DNA of 64,000 bases from Armatimonadota bacterium (GTDB lineage: Bacteria; Armatimonadota; UBA5829): positions 74,324-138,323 of the forward strand of contig JBDKUO010000009.1 in the NCBI GenBank assembly GCA_039679645.1, read 5' to 3'. The position numbers and the translations under genes were made by a program. Below, piece by piece: positions 48,448-59,504 of the stretch (position 1 is its first letter; each line of letters opens with the position of its first letter). The notes below the pieces were generated by a model. It saw nothing but the letters and a program-made list of their open reading frames with translations. It did no database searches and was not told the origin of the DNA.

Positions 48448-51400
48448 TTAAGGCGCAGGCAGTATTAGGTCACACTCTGCTTTAGCCTTGATCCAGAATG
48501 CCTGCCATGGCGCCAATACTCCAACCGCATCAGGCAGCACGGACTTGTCATATACCAGATAGTAACTACCAGCATCAGGATCCCATCCCCAGGCATAATT
48601 GCAGACGAGACTATCCGCCTCTCTGAGGGTGACGCTGCTCCCCATATAATTAACCTTTATGGCATCAGAATCCCAGGTAACATCCTTCACAAACGGATTG
48701 CCGATCATGTTCCAACCCGCATACAGATGAATTGTCGCAGGGTTTTTCTGCGATGGTATAATCCCCGTTGGCGTCAAATGCGTACTGCCGAAGCGTACCC
48801 AGAACCCACGCCCGGGTGTTTGATCCGCCGGGTCAAACCAAGTTAGATCATCAGGATACATGACATAAGCATTAGATTGTGTATCATACATCGCCCAACA
48901 ATTTGTGTAGAAATCAATTGCAGCCTTAGGATCGGTCTCATCCGGTATGATCGGCAGAGACACCATAGCCACGCTTGTCCACGCATCACCAGGCGTTCTT
49001 TCAAGCACGTTGACCTTGAGCGTATCGGTACCCTTATTTCCCGCCGTATCAATCGCAGTAACTGTTATTGTGTCACTGTAACTGTCGTCGCCATCATCGG
49101 GAATAGTGATGTCACCAGTGCTCCAAGTGCTCCATGGTGAAACTCCGCTGCACTCCCCGGAGCTACCTGATGATTTCGACCATTTCACACTCACAATTCC
49201 TTTGTCGTCAGACGCAGTCCCCGATATCGTCACCGTATTGCAATTTTTTGTGCATTCACTATCGGTTGTAGGCGAAGTGATTGTTATCTTGGGTGCTACG
49301 TTGTCGTAATTAACGGTGATCGGATCCGACGCGCTGTTTGCGTCGCCATATCCGTTGTGCACAACCGCCTCATCAATGGAGGCAATCACTGTTCCGGTCT
49401 TGCTCATTCCGCTTACGGCAACCGAATATGTCTTGTTGTCTGCGCCTTTTGCTACGACTGCACTTGTAGCGCCTGCCGTGCCTGCGAGTGTTACATCACC
49501 TGTAGCAAAGTCGTTTACATCCTCACTGAATACAACCTTCAGATTAATCGGAGAAGTGTTTGTCGTATCTGCCTGGTCTTTATCGAGACCTATCGTTGCA
49601 GTTAAAGGCTTCCAGGTATATGTAACCATCACAGCCGATGAAACCGTATTAAGATTACCTGCATCATCGCTGGCTACAGACGCCGGAATCTGCGCTGTCA
49701 AAGTACCAGCGGATGTTAGTCCGCTCACTGTAATGTTATATGTGGTCCTGTCAAAAGGCTCAGCCTCTAACAATGTGACGCTCGTAGTGCCGCTCGCTGT
49801 ACTTTTTATCTTCATATCAGATTTGTCAAAGCCGGAAACAGGCTCGCTGAAGACAGCAGTGAAGCAGATAGGCAGCGTCCTTGTGGTGTCTTCCTGGCCG
49901 GCAGCTCTGCTTAAAGTGACGGTCGGAACGTCCATGTCATAGTCTACCGTGCATTCGTCGGATGCTGTATTGCCATTGCCTTCCAAGTCAATTACGGCAT
50001 TTCTTGGGATCGATATCGTCACATCACCGGAACTGCCCATACCGCTTACCGCAACTGTGTAAACAGCACCGGTTCCTGACACGTCCGCAGTTGTCGGATT
50101 GGCCAATCCACTCAAATCCACATCGCTGTCTTCAAAACCAGTAACTGCACTGCTGAAAACAACCTTGAAGTTGACAGGTGACTTATTTGTCAGGTCATTA
50201 TCCTTAGTGATTGTAACTGACGGACCGGGCCAAGTATACGATATCTGATCAAGTAGAACACCCGCGGTATTTGGATTACCCGCCACATCATTGGCAGCGC
50301 CGGCCGGAATCGAAATAGACACGAATCCGGAAGAAGTCATCCCAGATACAGCAACATCAAAGATCTGGCCGACTGAACCCCCATCAGGCGTCACGACTGC
50401 AGTTGTCGCACCTGCCGTACCATCTGCAGATACGTCGGATGAAGTAAAGCCGGTCACCGGCTTAGAGAATGTGACCGTAAAGTGGACCGGACTTTCATTT
50501 GTGGGATTATCGCCGGCAGGCTCCATTTGAACTGTCGGTGCAGTTATATCGTATGTTACGACATTGTCGCCACCGTCAGACGCCTCATTGTAGTTTACAC
50601 CACTAAGGTCGACGGCAGCCGCCGCTGGAATATCTATCTGAACAGTCCCTGACGACGTTATGTCTGATACGGTTACTTCGTAAGTCGTGCCACTGCCGGA
50701 TACCGCAACTGTTTTGGCCCCGCCTGCTGTGCTGGAAGATGTATCCACATCAGAAGAGCTGTCACCAAAACCGGTAACGGGTTCGCTGAACACGACCTTG
50801 AATTTTATCGGTTGGTTTTTAGCTATGAGCGCCTGGCCGGTCGCCCTAGTTATCGTAACAGTCGGATTGCTTTGATCGTCATAGACAACTTCATTGTCTA
50901 CAATATTCGATCCATCTTCCAAGTTAACATTGTAGTTGCCCGCAGCATCCTGAATCGATCCCACAGGTATATTGACAATTACACTGCCTGAATGAGAAGC
51001 GCCATCGACTGTGACTGTGTATGTGAGAGAATCTATCGGATTGACCTCAATACTTAGGTTGCCGCCGACAGTGCTCTGAGAAATATCAATATTATCTTTC
51101 GTGAAGATCTTCACTGCTTCCGAGAGAGTCACCAAGAAGTTGACCTGCGGATCAGTCGTAGGATCAACCTGCCCATCCGCTAATTTTATAGTCGCAACCG
51201 GCGATGTCCTGTCGAAAAGAACAGTGTCCGTTACACCGGCCTCTTTGGTGGTGGACGCCGCATTCGCATTGCCCGCAGTATCAAAAACCTTTCCGGCTTC
51301 AACTTGAAGCGTAACCGTTCCATCCGTCATGCTGCTTACGGCTACATTGTATTTTTTGCCGGGTACGATTGGTACCACAGTCTTTTCTATCGTTACACCA

Positions 51401-54400
51401 GCCGTACCGCTGCCAGTAACAGTCACGTCACCGGCGCCAAAGTCCCTGTGTTTTCCTTCTGCATCCAGTCCTTGTATTGTCTCGCTGAACTCCACAATAA
51501 AGTTGACAGGGCTGCCATTAGTCGGGCTCACTTGGCCATCAGCAAGGCTGATTGTTACAGTCGGCGGCTGATTGTCCAGTGATATCTGATTGTCAGTGCT
51601 CGTGGACGCGCTGTTCTTGATTCCCGCAGCATCAGTCGCAACATCAGCCGGAACCACCGCCGTGATTGTTCCTACACCGATGACATCGTTCACAGCAATC
51701 TCGTATGTCGTTCCATCCGTCATTGCAGTGTCTGTAAACGATGTTGCTACCGCACCGTCACCAATTGCATATTTCAAGTTGCCGTTGATAGCATCATAGT
51801 AACTAATGCATGGAACATCCGATGAATCCAATACAAGAGAACAATACTGACCTACATTACGATGATCAGCATCAGCCGGAGTTCCATCATCGGCAGTTTT
51901 TATGCTCCAATTTATTGGTAACGCGGCTGCATCACCCTGCGCATATTTCAATATCTTGCCGGTCGCGTCATAATAGGCAATCCGCGGAAGACCGCCGGAG
52001 TCCAGTTTCAAAGAGCTGAACAGACCAACATTATTCGCGGAGTTATCTACAGCCACTACCGTAAACTTGGGTCCGGTTGGAGCATCACCCTCAGCATATT
52101 TAAGATTGCCATTGGTCACATCATAATAGCTGATCCGCGGTTTCCCTGCCGAATCGAGAGCAAGAGAGACATATTGACCAACATCATCAGTCGAATCGAC
52201 TGCTTGGATAGTCCAGGTGGGATTTTGAGCGGCGCTGCCCTCAGCGTAAAGAATGTCGCCATTTTTCTCATCATAATAGGCTATACGCGGCCTGCCACTC
52301 GTATCAAAAGCCAGAGAGCTATACTTTCCTACTTTGTCGCTTGCACTGGAATTAACACCAACCACGGTAGTACAATTCCAACTGCCATTATTATAATAAG
52401 CGTACTTCAGCTTACTGTTTTCGTTATCATAGTAGCTGATAAATGGAACACCCGCGGCATTAAGCTTTAGTGATGTATACATACCGACGTCGCCGGTTTC
52501 ATCAACTGTCTGGCTGCGCCATCTTGAGCCGTCCCAAGCGGCATATTTCAGATCGCCATTTAAGAAGTCGTAGTAACTTATTCTCGGATTGCCTGCTCCG
52601 TTGATAGCAAGCGAGGTATCTTTTACTCCAAAGGCCTGTGCATCGGCAGTGCTTGTCGTCCACCGAGGGTTAGCGAAGTCTCCTGCCGCATACTTAAGCA
52701 CACCGGCCGTCGAATCAAAGTAACTCAAGTGCGGATTACCGGATGAATCGAGAGTCAAGCAGCTATACTTACCTATATCGTTACTCGGAGCAACCTCTGA
52801 GATTGTGGGAAGAGGAGTTCCAGTCAGAGTTTTTGGATCGGATTTTGTAAAGTAGATATCTGCAATGTCATCAAAATCGGTTACAGGCTCGCTGAACACT
52901 GCAGTGAAATATATAGGGCAGGATTGCGCAGGATCGACGACCTGAGAAGCTGCCTGGTTTATAGTCACAATTGGAGTGTTGTAGTAAGTTATTAATGGAG
53001 CATATAGAGAATCAGTCGTAGATGCCGTATTGCCGTTACCCGCATAGTCGGTCACTTTATTGGCAGGAACACTCATCGTAACGGTGCCGTCCGTCGTCAT
53101 GCCGCTTACGGCAACGTTGTATACCGCCCCACTACCGGAAATCGTCGCATTCGTCGCGCCTGCGGTGCCGCTTATCACAACATCCGAACTGTCGTCAAAA
53201 CCTGTCACAGCTTCGCTGAATGTTACGGTGAAGTTTATTGCAGCCGCATCATATACTTTGGTTAATTGAGTGGAAGCACGCGCAACAACAACACTCGGAT
53301 TTACATTATCATATGTGACTTCATTATCGGTGCCTGTTGATGCCTCATTGCCTATGTTGACAGAATTGTGCGCAGCGCCTGCATTTACATTTACCTCAAC
53401 AACGCCAAACTGTTTCATCCCACTGACGGCGATGTCATAGGTGGTCCCGATGCCGTTGACGACTACTGTGTCCGCGCCGGCTCCGGATAACGTAACGCCG
53501 CCACTGGTGAAATCGGTTACCGCTTCACTAAACACTGCTGTAAAGTGGATAATAGGGCTGTTGGTTATTTTGGCTTGACCTGCAGCCCGGCTCACATTGA
53601 CGGTCGGAGCGGGAGCATTATATTGAGCAGTTGCTGGTGATTCGGGATCGGAGGCAGAGTTGCCGAAACCATCTACAGTAACAACATCAGCAGGAATTCT
53701 GACTGTCACAGAACCGGACTTGTGTATATTACTTACAGAGATTGTGTAAACCTTGTATGTCGCATCGGCATTGGCCACCGTCACCGTAGGAGTGGTGCCG
53801 TCCTCAAAAGCAGTCCCACTAACCTCAACATCAGCAGAAGCGAAGTCTGTTGGAGACACTGCTTTGCTGAATACTGCACTAAAGGTTACCGGCAGTGTAG
53901 TAAATGGATCAGTCTGGGAAGGCGTGACAATAACGGTCAGAGGCTGATAGTACTGGACAGTATTGTCCGAGCTGTCTGATGCCATATTGCCGTTGCCGTT
54001 TTTTATATCTTGCGCGACACCAGCAGGTATGGTGACTTTGACAGTGCCGGATTTGGTCATCCCACTTACGGCAATATCATAGGTCGTCCCGTCATCCGTC
54101 GTCGGCGTGACCTTGGCAGTCGTTGCAGAAGCCGTTCCGTCCAGCACAACTCCGGTATCCGAAAAACCGGTCACAGCCGCCGAAAATTCAGCGGTAAAAT
54201 GAATTGTATCATCCTCAGTAGGGTCAATTTGATCATTCGATTGATTCACAAGCACCGTAAGTTCAGTTTCACCCGTATAATTATACTGAACGGTGTTCTC
54301 CGCGTCCATAGATGTAGATGCAGTATTGGAATTGATACCATTACCTGATGGATCACAATCCCGGGCGGCTCCGGCTGGAATGGAAACCCTTACAATGCCG

Positions 54401-57400
54401 CTGCCATTCATACCCCTGACAGCCACATTGTATTTACTGTAATGATGATATGAATCAGCCGTGCCGATGGGAGTAATGACAGCCTGCGGAGACGAAAAAG
54501 TAGCGTTGCCTGATATTGTAAGGGCGCTCGCTATATCGACCGCCGTATAGGAACCAGCAAAACCAACGACCGGCTCTGAAAATGATGCCGTAAAGTTGAT
54601 TATCGCGCTTGATGTCGTATAGTTCTGGGTAGACGCTCGACTTATGGTACAGGTAGGCGCTACCGCATCATACCATATTGAATCGGTGGATGATGCGGAG
54701 TTTGCAATACCCGAGGCGCTTGTAGCCACATTTGCAGGGACAGTAACAGTAATGCTGCCCTTGCCTGACACAGCATTGATCGCCAGGTCATAATACGAGC
54801 CGCCGCCGGCAAGTGTAGACTTAGTGACGCCCGCAGTCCCGCCGATGACTATATCATCGCCGGTAAGACCATTTACCGGCTCACTGAACACTATCGTAAA
54901 GTGGACAGGCAACTGCGATGTCGGGTCCAATTGCCCAATACCGTGACTTACATCAACACGGGGAGCGTCCTCAAAAAACAGCACACTTTCCGTATCAGAT
55001 GGGAGATTGCCCAAGTCGCTGGACATGGAAGTTGCCGCATCACCAGGAACGTAGCAGCTTACCGCGCCACTAACATAAGGAAAAACCTCAACGCGATAGA
55101 CCATGTTGGGCGTTGTCTCAACAAGAGAAGAAACAAAACCGTTGCTGATACTTATATCAGATGCAGCAAAATCATCTACAGCTTCAGAGAATGCGACAGT
55201 AAAGATCAATGGCGTCGAAATCGCCGGGCTGGCCGGAGCGGTCACTGTGCAACTCGGCTGATAGCCGGATGTGCTGTTTCCAATGCGATATCTGTATTTA
55301 AGGGAGTTATTCGTAACATCCTGATAGGTCAAGTGAGGATTGTCATGCTTGTCAAATTTAAGAGACGCGTACTTGCCGACATCATTGGAATTGACTGACG
55401 CTTCCGCCTGCCCATCATCCAATATAGAAACAGCCCATGCCGGACTCACACTGTTGTTGCCCTCGGCTAACTTGAGGTTACCGCCCGTAGTATCATAGTA
55501 AGCTATGCTCGGCTTGTCTTTGGAATCCAGGGCAAGTGAGCAATACATACCTACAGAATCAGCCGTACTATCCACTGCTCCTGTTGTCCAAGCCGGGCTG
55601 ACGGCGGCGCTGCCTTCGGCATATCTTAAGTCTTTGTTTGTGTTGTCGTAATAGGCAATCCGCGGCCTGCCGCTGGTATCCAGAGCCAGAGAGCTGTATT
55701 GGCCCACATCGTTTGCGCTCTCTACTGTAGAGCAGGTAAATGAAGGATTTATAGCCAAGCTGCCTTCCGCATACATCAACGCTGATTGAGTCACATCATA
55801 AAAGCTGATGCGCGGTTTGTCTGCGTAAAGAGCCAGTGAACAATATTTGCCCACAAACCCGGCTGTATACACCGGAATGATAGTCCATGCCGGATTGTCC
55901 GCATCGCTGCCTTGAGCATATAGAAGGTCGCCATTAGTTACATCGTAGTATGCTATGCGAGGCCTGCCACTGACATCCAGGGCAAGAGAACAATACATGC
56001 CCACATTATCATCGGCACCGGATGTTCCATCAACTATGCTGTATTTCCACGCACCATCTTTTAAGTAAGCATACTTGAGATCGGTGTTGGTGACATCATA
56101 ATAAGCTATGCGCGGGTTGCCGTCTGCATCAAGCGCGAGTGACGTATAAGCGCCCACATTTGAAGCACTACCGTCCAGAGTCTGCACCTGCCAGTTGCTG
56201 CCGTCCCATTCCGCATACTTGAGGTCACCGTTTGTGCTGTCACAATAGCTGACCTTTGGATAGCCGCTGACTGGGTCTAGCTTAAGAGAACTTGACACTC
56301 CCTGTGCTGCCACCGGGTTATAAGAGTTGCCATTATCGATCACTCCGTTCCAATATTTGTTGGTGCAATTGACAGTGAGTGTATAGCGCGTTGAGTTGCC
56401 CGGCGTATCATACGCAGTAATGGTTATTACATTTGTGCCGGGTTCAAGATAAATGCCATTATGCACCCAGGAAGTTGTGCCGCTGCAAGTGCCGCTGCCG
56501 CCCCGATCATTTGACCAAGTAACGCTGTTGATTCCGACACCGTTGCTGTCATCATCAGCGGTACCAGCGATGTCCAGAATAGGGCGAGGGGTGGTGTAAG
56601 TAGCCGCATAAGTGGACACATCCACCTTGCCGTCGCCTGCACTAGGCCGTGTTACAGCCAAGGAAACCGGCGCGACGTTATCAAACACAACGGAGTCGAC
56701 CGTGCAAGAAGACGCGTTCGCTGTCCAGTTTCCTACATTTTCATCATCCGAGACGGCACTTTCCTGAGGCAGAATCATCTGGACACGGCCGGGATAAGTC
56801 ATCCCACTTACTCCGGCGGTAAATACATCTCCGGAATATCCTGCATCCTCCGTGAAAACTGCCATCTTGGTGCCGCCGGCGGCTCCAGGATTACCTACCG
56901 GTTCAAACGTGACATCGGTATTGGTTAATCCATGTACCGGTTTACTGAACTGGACATGAAAAAAGACAGTGGGATCGTTTGTCGGATCAGTCGATATTGG
57001 TTTAATTAGCGTGCGCGGCGCATCTACGTAAGTCACAACAGGACTTGACGCTGCTTTATCATTAGTCAGGGGCGGATCATCAGTTGTTGTAAATGCGCCT
57101 GCGGCTATATTGAGCTGAAGCTTGCAATCTTTGGCAGGAAATACGTGAAAAACAATATCACCATCTCCATTAACTTCGGAATATGCGAGATTTTCATTTC
57201 CACTCGGGCATGTGTCATCTAAAGGAAACGGAGTAGTGTATATATCAGCATCCGGGCTGCAAGAGAGAACAATCGATTTAGGATTACCTATACTCACAGT
57301 CCCTGTTCCCGTGGTGGTAATATGTAATACAAAATCTACAGGAGTGTCCACACCCGGCTGACCTACTACCTTGGTGTGAGGCACAGTAATACTGACACTA

Positions 57401-57501
57401 ACCTGTGCCCACAAGCCGCTTGCGGCAATTATCAAAAGAGCGCTGATAAGAAGAGTAAATGTGAAGAAGAAGCGCGACTTACTGCTGCGGCACGTTCCCA
57501 T
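48448..57501 (-). CDS. Giant secreted surface protein of 3017 aa (tandem Ig-like domains plus two blocks of beta-propeller-type repeats)
   Basis: Signal peptide MGTCRSSKSRFFFTFTLLISALLIIAASGLWAQ. There are more than 15 Ig-like modules with the recurring strand motif F(T/K)V(T/V)FSE(P/A)V(T/S)GF. Two blocks of roughly 45-aa repeats carry the consensus (V/N)VG.Y.SLALD..G.P.I.YYD.TN.(D/N)LKYA, at about aa 400-760 and 1500-1900. Confidence 0.85.
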   Translation of the reverse strand: MGTCRSSKSRFFFTFTLLISALLIIAASGLWAQVSVSITVPHTKVVGQPGVDTPVDFVLHITTTGTGTVSIGNPKSIVLSCSPDADIYTTPFPLDDTCPSGNENLAYSEVNGDGDIVFHVFPAKDCKLQLNIAAGAFTTTDDPPLTNDKAASSPVVTYVDAPRTLIKPISTDPTNDPTVFFHVQFSKPVHGLTNTDVTFEPVGNPGAAGGTKMAVFTEDAGYSGDVFTAGVSGMTYPGRVQMILPQESAVSDDENVGNWTANASSCTVDSVVFDNVAPVSLAVTRPSAGDGKVDVSTYAATYTTPRPILDIAGTADDDSNGVGINSVTWSNDRGGSGTCSGTTSWVHNGIYLEPGTNVITITAYDTPGNSTRYTLTVNCTNKYWNGVIDNGNSYNPVAAQGVSSSLKLDPVSGYPKVSYCDSTNGDLKYAEWDGSNWQVQTLDGSASNVGAYTSLALDADGNPRIAYYDVTNTDLKYAYLKDGAWKYSIVDGTSGADDNVGMYCSLALDVSGRPRIAYYDVTNGDLLYAQGSDADNPAWTIIPVYTAGFVGKYCSLALYADKPRISFYDVTQSALMYAEGSLAINPSFTCSTVESANDVGQYSSLALDTSGRPRIAYYDNTNKDLRYAEGSAAVSPAWTTGAVDSTADSVGMYCSLALDSKDKPSIAYYDTTGGNLKLAEGNNSVSPAWAVSILDDGQAEASVNSNDVGKYASLKFDKHDNPHLTYQDVTNNSLKYRYRIGNSTSGYQPSCTVTAPASPAISTPLIFTVAFSEAVDDFAASDISISNGFVSSLVETTPNMVYRVEVFPYVSGAVSCYVPGDAATSMSSDLGNLPSDTESVLFFEDAPRVDVSHGIGQLDPTSQLPVHFTIVFSEPVNGLTGDDIVIGGTAGVTKSTLAGGGSYYDLAINAVSGKGSITVTVPANVATSASGIANSASSTDSIWYDAVAPTCTISRASTQNYTTSSAIINFTASFSEPVVGFAGSYTAVDIASALTISGNATFSSPQAVITPIGTADSYHHYSKYNVAVRGMNGSGIVRVSIPAGAARDCDPSGNGINSNTASTSMDAENTVQYNYTGETELTVLVNQSNDQIDPTEDDTIHFTAEFSAAVTGFSDTGVVLDGTASATTAKVTPTTDDGTTYDIAVSGMTKSGTVKVTIPAGVAQDIKNGNGNMASDSSDNTVQYYQPLTVIVTPSQTDPFTTLPVTFSAVFSKAVSPTDFASADVEVSGTAFEDGTTPTVTVANADATYKVYTISVSNIHKSGSVTVRIPADVVTVDGFGNSASDPESPATAQYNAPAPTVNVSRAAGQAKITNSPIIHFTAVFSEAVTDFTSGGVTLSGAGADTVVVNGIGTTYDIAVSGMKQFGVVEVNVNAGAAHNSVNIGNEASTGTDNEVTYDNVNPSVVVARASTQLTKVYDAAAINFTVTFSEAVTGFDDSSDVVISGTAGATNATISGSGAVYNVAVSGMTTDGTVTMSVPANKVTDYAGNGNTASTTDSLYAPLITYYNTPIVTINQAASQVVDPAQSCPIYFTAVFSEPVTDFDDIADIYFTKSDPKTLTGTPLPTISEVAPSNDIGKYSCLTLDSSGNPHLSYFDSTAGVLKYAAGDFANPRWTTSTADAQAFGVKDTSLAINGAGNPRISYYDFLNGDLKYAAWDGSRWRSQTVDETGDVGMYTSLKLNAAGVPFISYYDNENSKLKYAYYNNGSWNCTTVVGVNSSASDKVGKYSSLAFDTSGRPRIAYYDEKNGDILYAEGSAAQNPTWTIQAVDSTDDVGQYVSLALDSAGKPRISYYDVTNGNLKYAEGDAPTGPKFTVVAVDNSANNVGLFSSLKLDSGGLPRIAYYDATGKILKYAQGDAAALPINWSIKTADDGTPADADHRNVGQYCSLVLDSSDVPCISYYDAINGNLKYAIGDGAVATSFTDTAMTDGTTYEIAVNDVIGVGTITAVVPADVATDAAGIKNSASTSTDNQISLDNQPPTVTISLADGQVSPTNGSPVNFIVEFSETIQGLDAEGKHRDFGAGDVTVTGSGTAGVTIEKTVVPIVPGKKYNVAVSSMTDGTVTLQVEAGKVFDTAGNANAASTTKEAGVTDTVLFDRTSPVATIKLADGQVDPTTDPQVNFLVTLSEAVKIFTKDNIDISQSTVGGNLSIEVNPIDSLTYTVTVDGASHSGSVIVNIPVGSIQDAAGNYNVNLEDGSNIVDNEVVYDDQSNPTVTITRATGQALIAKNQPIKFKVVFSEPVTGFGDSSSDVDTSSSTAGGAKTVAVSGSGTTYEVTVSDITSSGTVQIDIPAAAAVDLSGVNYNEASDGGDNVVTYDITAPTVQMEPAGDNPTNESPVHFTVTFSKPVTGFTSSDVSADGTAGATTAVVTPDGGSVGQIFDVAVSGMTSSGFVSISIPAGAANDVAGNPNTAGVLLDQISYTWPGPSVTITKDNDLTNKSPVNFKVVFSSAVTGFEDSDVDLSGLANPTTADVSGTGAVYTVAVSGMGSSGDVTISIPRNAVIDLEGNGNTASDECTVDYDMDVPTVTLSRAAGQEDTTRTLPICFTAVFSEPVSGFDKSDMKIKSTASGTTSVTLLEAEPFDRTTYNITVSGLTSAGTLTAQIPASVASDDAGNLNTVSSAVMVTYTWKPLTATIGLDKDQADTTNTSPINLKVVFSEDVNDFATGDVTLAGTAGATSAVVAKGADNKTYSVAVSGMSKTGTVIASIDEAVVHNGYGDANSASDPITVNYDNVAPKITITSPTTDSECTKNCNTVTISGTASDDKGIVSVKWSKSSGSSGECSGVSPWSTWSTGDITIPDDGDDSYSDTITVTAIDTAGNKGTDTLKVNVLERTPGDAWTSVAMVSLPIIPDETDPKAAIDFYTNCWAMYDTQSNAYVMYPDDLTWFDPADQTPGRGFWVRFGSTHLTPTGIIPSQKNPATIHLYAGWNMIGNPFVKDVTWDSDAIKVNYMGSSVTLREADSLVCNYAWGWDPDAGSYYLVYDKSVLPDAVGVLAPWQAFWIKAKAECDLILPAP

Positions 57502-57807
57502 AGTATCTTAATTCTCCTTTGTCGCCATCCCAGAATAAATAACCTCACCAAATATAGTGAGGAGATGGCATGTCTTTCCTTCAAGCCGGCTCAATGCAGC
57601 CGACAAATATTACAGGCTTCACTTCAGCCAGATTAACTAGACTCAATATATCGCAGCGGCGATGCCGTTGTCAATACGTTGAGGCTCCTATTTGGGTTCA
57701 CATGAAGTTCCGGTCGGCAACCTTGCGCCGACACCTCCATTTGCCCATTTTAGGACGACCAAACAGACCTGTAGGTTCCAGCTTGTCATACAGGTATGCA
57801 TATTGCT

Positions 57808-58449
57808 TCAGGAGTTATCGGCATCTTCCTCCGTGATTCGGACTTTGTGAAGGTGACAAGTGTCATTAAGAAGCCGCAGAGCAGGGCGATCACTCAGTTC
57901 GAGGATGGAAATGCCGGCATTGGACATGGCCATACATCGGAAAAACGCAGGGCCCTGGCCGCATGCGGCGCATATAAGGCCGCGAAGTGATCCGCCATGC
58001 ACGACCACGAGCAGACGCTCACCATCCCTATGTTTTTCCGGTATCATTTGCAGAAACTTGCCGCAGCGGGATATCATACTCTCCAGGGTTTCAGATCCGG
58101 GCGGACGATTCTGAGCGGGATGCTCACGCCATTTGCGGTAATCTTCGGGATACTTTTCCTCAAACTCGCTTTGAGTAAGGCCCTGTACTTTGCCGAAATA
58201 TGCCTCACGGATCAGGTCCGTGGCCTGAACGGGCAGGTTATGCGGCGCAGAGATGATCTCGGCAGTGGCAAGAGCGCGGCCAAGATCGCTGGAGTATATA
58301 GCATCGAACTTCTCGGAGGCTAATCGAGCAGCAGCGGCTTGAGCCTGTTTTATGCCGAGTGGAGTAAGCGGCGAATCGGCATGACCTTGGATACGCCCCT
58401 CCAGATTGTGCACAGTCTCGCCGTGCCTGACCAGATATAGAGTTATCAT
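57808..58449 (-). CDS. Histidine phosphatase family protein (phosphoglycerate-mutase-like)
   Basis: MITLYLVRHGETVHNLEGRIQGHADSPLTPLGIKQA contains the RHG catalytic motif. Confidence 0.8.
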   Translation of the reverse strand: MITLYLVRHGETVHNLEGRIQGHADSPLTPLGIKQAQAAAARLASEKFDAIYSSDLGRALATAEIISAPHNLPVQATDLIREAYFGKVQGLTQSEFEEKYPEDYRKWREHPAQNRPPGSETLESMISRCGKFLQMIPEKHRDGERLLVVVHGGSLRGLICAACGQGPAFFRCMAMSNAGISILELSDRPALRLLNDTCHLHKVRITEEDADNS

Positions 58450-59504
58450 ATCTCTCCCTGTTTTAATATCCCAAGCTCTCTGCCGTCACGACTTACACGC
58501 ATAGAACCCATCTGAACAACTTTGACCGGCGAGATGCTCTTGAGCGGCGAGAGAACAAATATAAGCCGCTGCTTGAAGTCGATTGACTGGATCAGCCCGA
58601 CACCGAGCGTATTTGCGTTCTCATCGGCCAGGCCTACAAGCAGGTTCTGGAACGACTCACCTGTCGCGACAGTAATACTGCTGGTCTTGAAGAGATCTTC
58701 TATCGCTCTGCGACCGCCGGCTCGATACTGCCTCTCGGATATTATAAAAATCCCTCTATCCGTAACCTCGGCATGTAAAATCCGGCACTTGAGAGACTGC
58801 TCGGCGGACTTGATATACTGCCACTTAACCGGCCTGCCCGTCGCAAGAGACGTGTTCCATAAGCAAATCTCATCCATACGTATGATATGGCCGGGTGCAT
58901 CGTGAAATTGCTTATAGAAACTCAACTGGCGGCGAGCCGTGCGAAACTCAGTGGGTTTGCGCCTGGCCTGTTCGGATGAAGCAAGCCTGCGCACTTTAAT
59001 CGAGCCGATTTTCGTAAACGGGATCAGCAGGTGATCGATCTCATGGCGCTTTTCGATACCGATAAGATAATCCGGGCGGACAAGGTCGGTCTTGTAGGTC
59101 TTTAGTTTACGACCGAGCGGACCGTCAACCAGACCTGTCGTGTCGACTATGACGAGCTTGGCACCCTGCTCTATCGCCGCCTCGACCATTTTCTTTGTGC
59201 CGACCACGCTTTCGAGCATATGACCCACGGGGCTTGTGCTGCCGACAAAATAAAGCCTCTTTGCCCGCAGGTCCGAAAGTGATTTTATGTTCCTGTCGAC
59301 CAGGGCCATACCTATGGTGCCGGGCGCGCCGATTTCTGACTGGCCTACGTCGGCATCGACCACGGCCGTCGCCACTGACGCTTCATACGCCGCTTTGCAC
59401 AGCCGCAGACAGAAACTCGTCTTGCCGACATCGACTCCGCCGACTACCATTGCAACGCCCGTCGATGATACGATCTCGGATATTATGCTTTCCCAATCCG
59501 CCAT
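58446..59504 (-). CDS. Clp1/Grc3-family P-loop polynucleotide kinase-like protein
   Basis: ...VAMVVGGVDVGKTSFCLRL... is a Walker A motif, and ...VVDADVGQSEIGAPGTIGMA... follows. LVIVDTTGLVDG is Walker B-like. The start is taken at MADWESI, and the listed ORF allows an alternative start at 59576. It overlaps the phosphatase gene by 4 nt. Confidence 0.55.
   Translation of the reverse strand: MADWESIISEIVSSTGVAMVVGGVDVGKTSFCLRLCKAAYEASVATAVVDADVGQSEIGAPGTIGMALVDRNIKSLSDLRAKRLYFVGSTSPVGHMLESVVGTKKMVEAAIEQGAKLVIVDTTGLVDGPLGRKLKTYKTDLVRPDYLIGIEKRHEIDHLLIPFTKIGSIKVRRLASSEQARRKPTEFRTARRQLSFYKQFHDAPGHIIRMDEICLWNTSLATGRPVKWQYIKSAEQSLKCRILHAEVTDRGIFIISERQYRAGGRRAIEDLFKTSSITVATGESFQNLLVGLADENANTLGVGLIQSIDFKQRLIFVLSPLKSISPVKVVQMGSMRVSRDGRELGILKQGEI

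Noticed and set aside
48843-55398. Numerous 60-200-aa plus-strand ORFs inside the giant gene and inside the five paralogs
   Set aside because: They are antisense to long, clearly coding minus-strand frames with repeated domain motifs. They are artefacts of Ser/Thr/Gly/Val-rich coding sequence.
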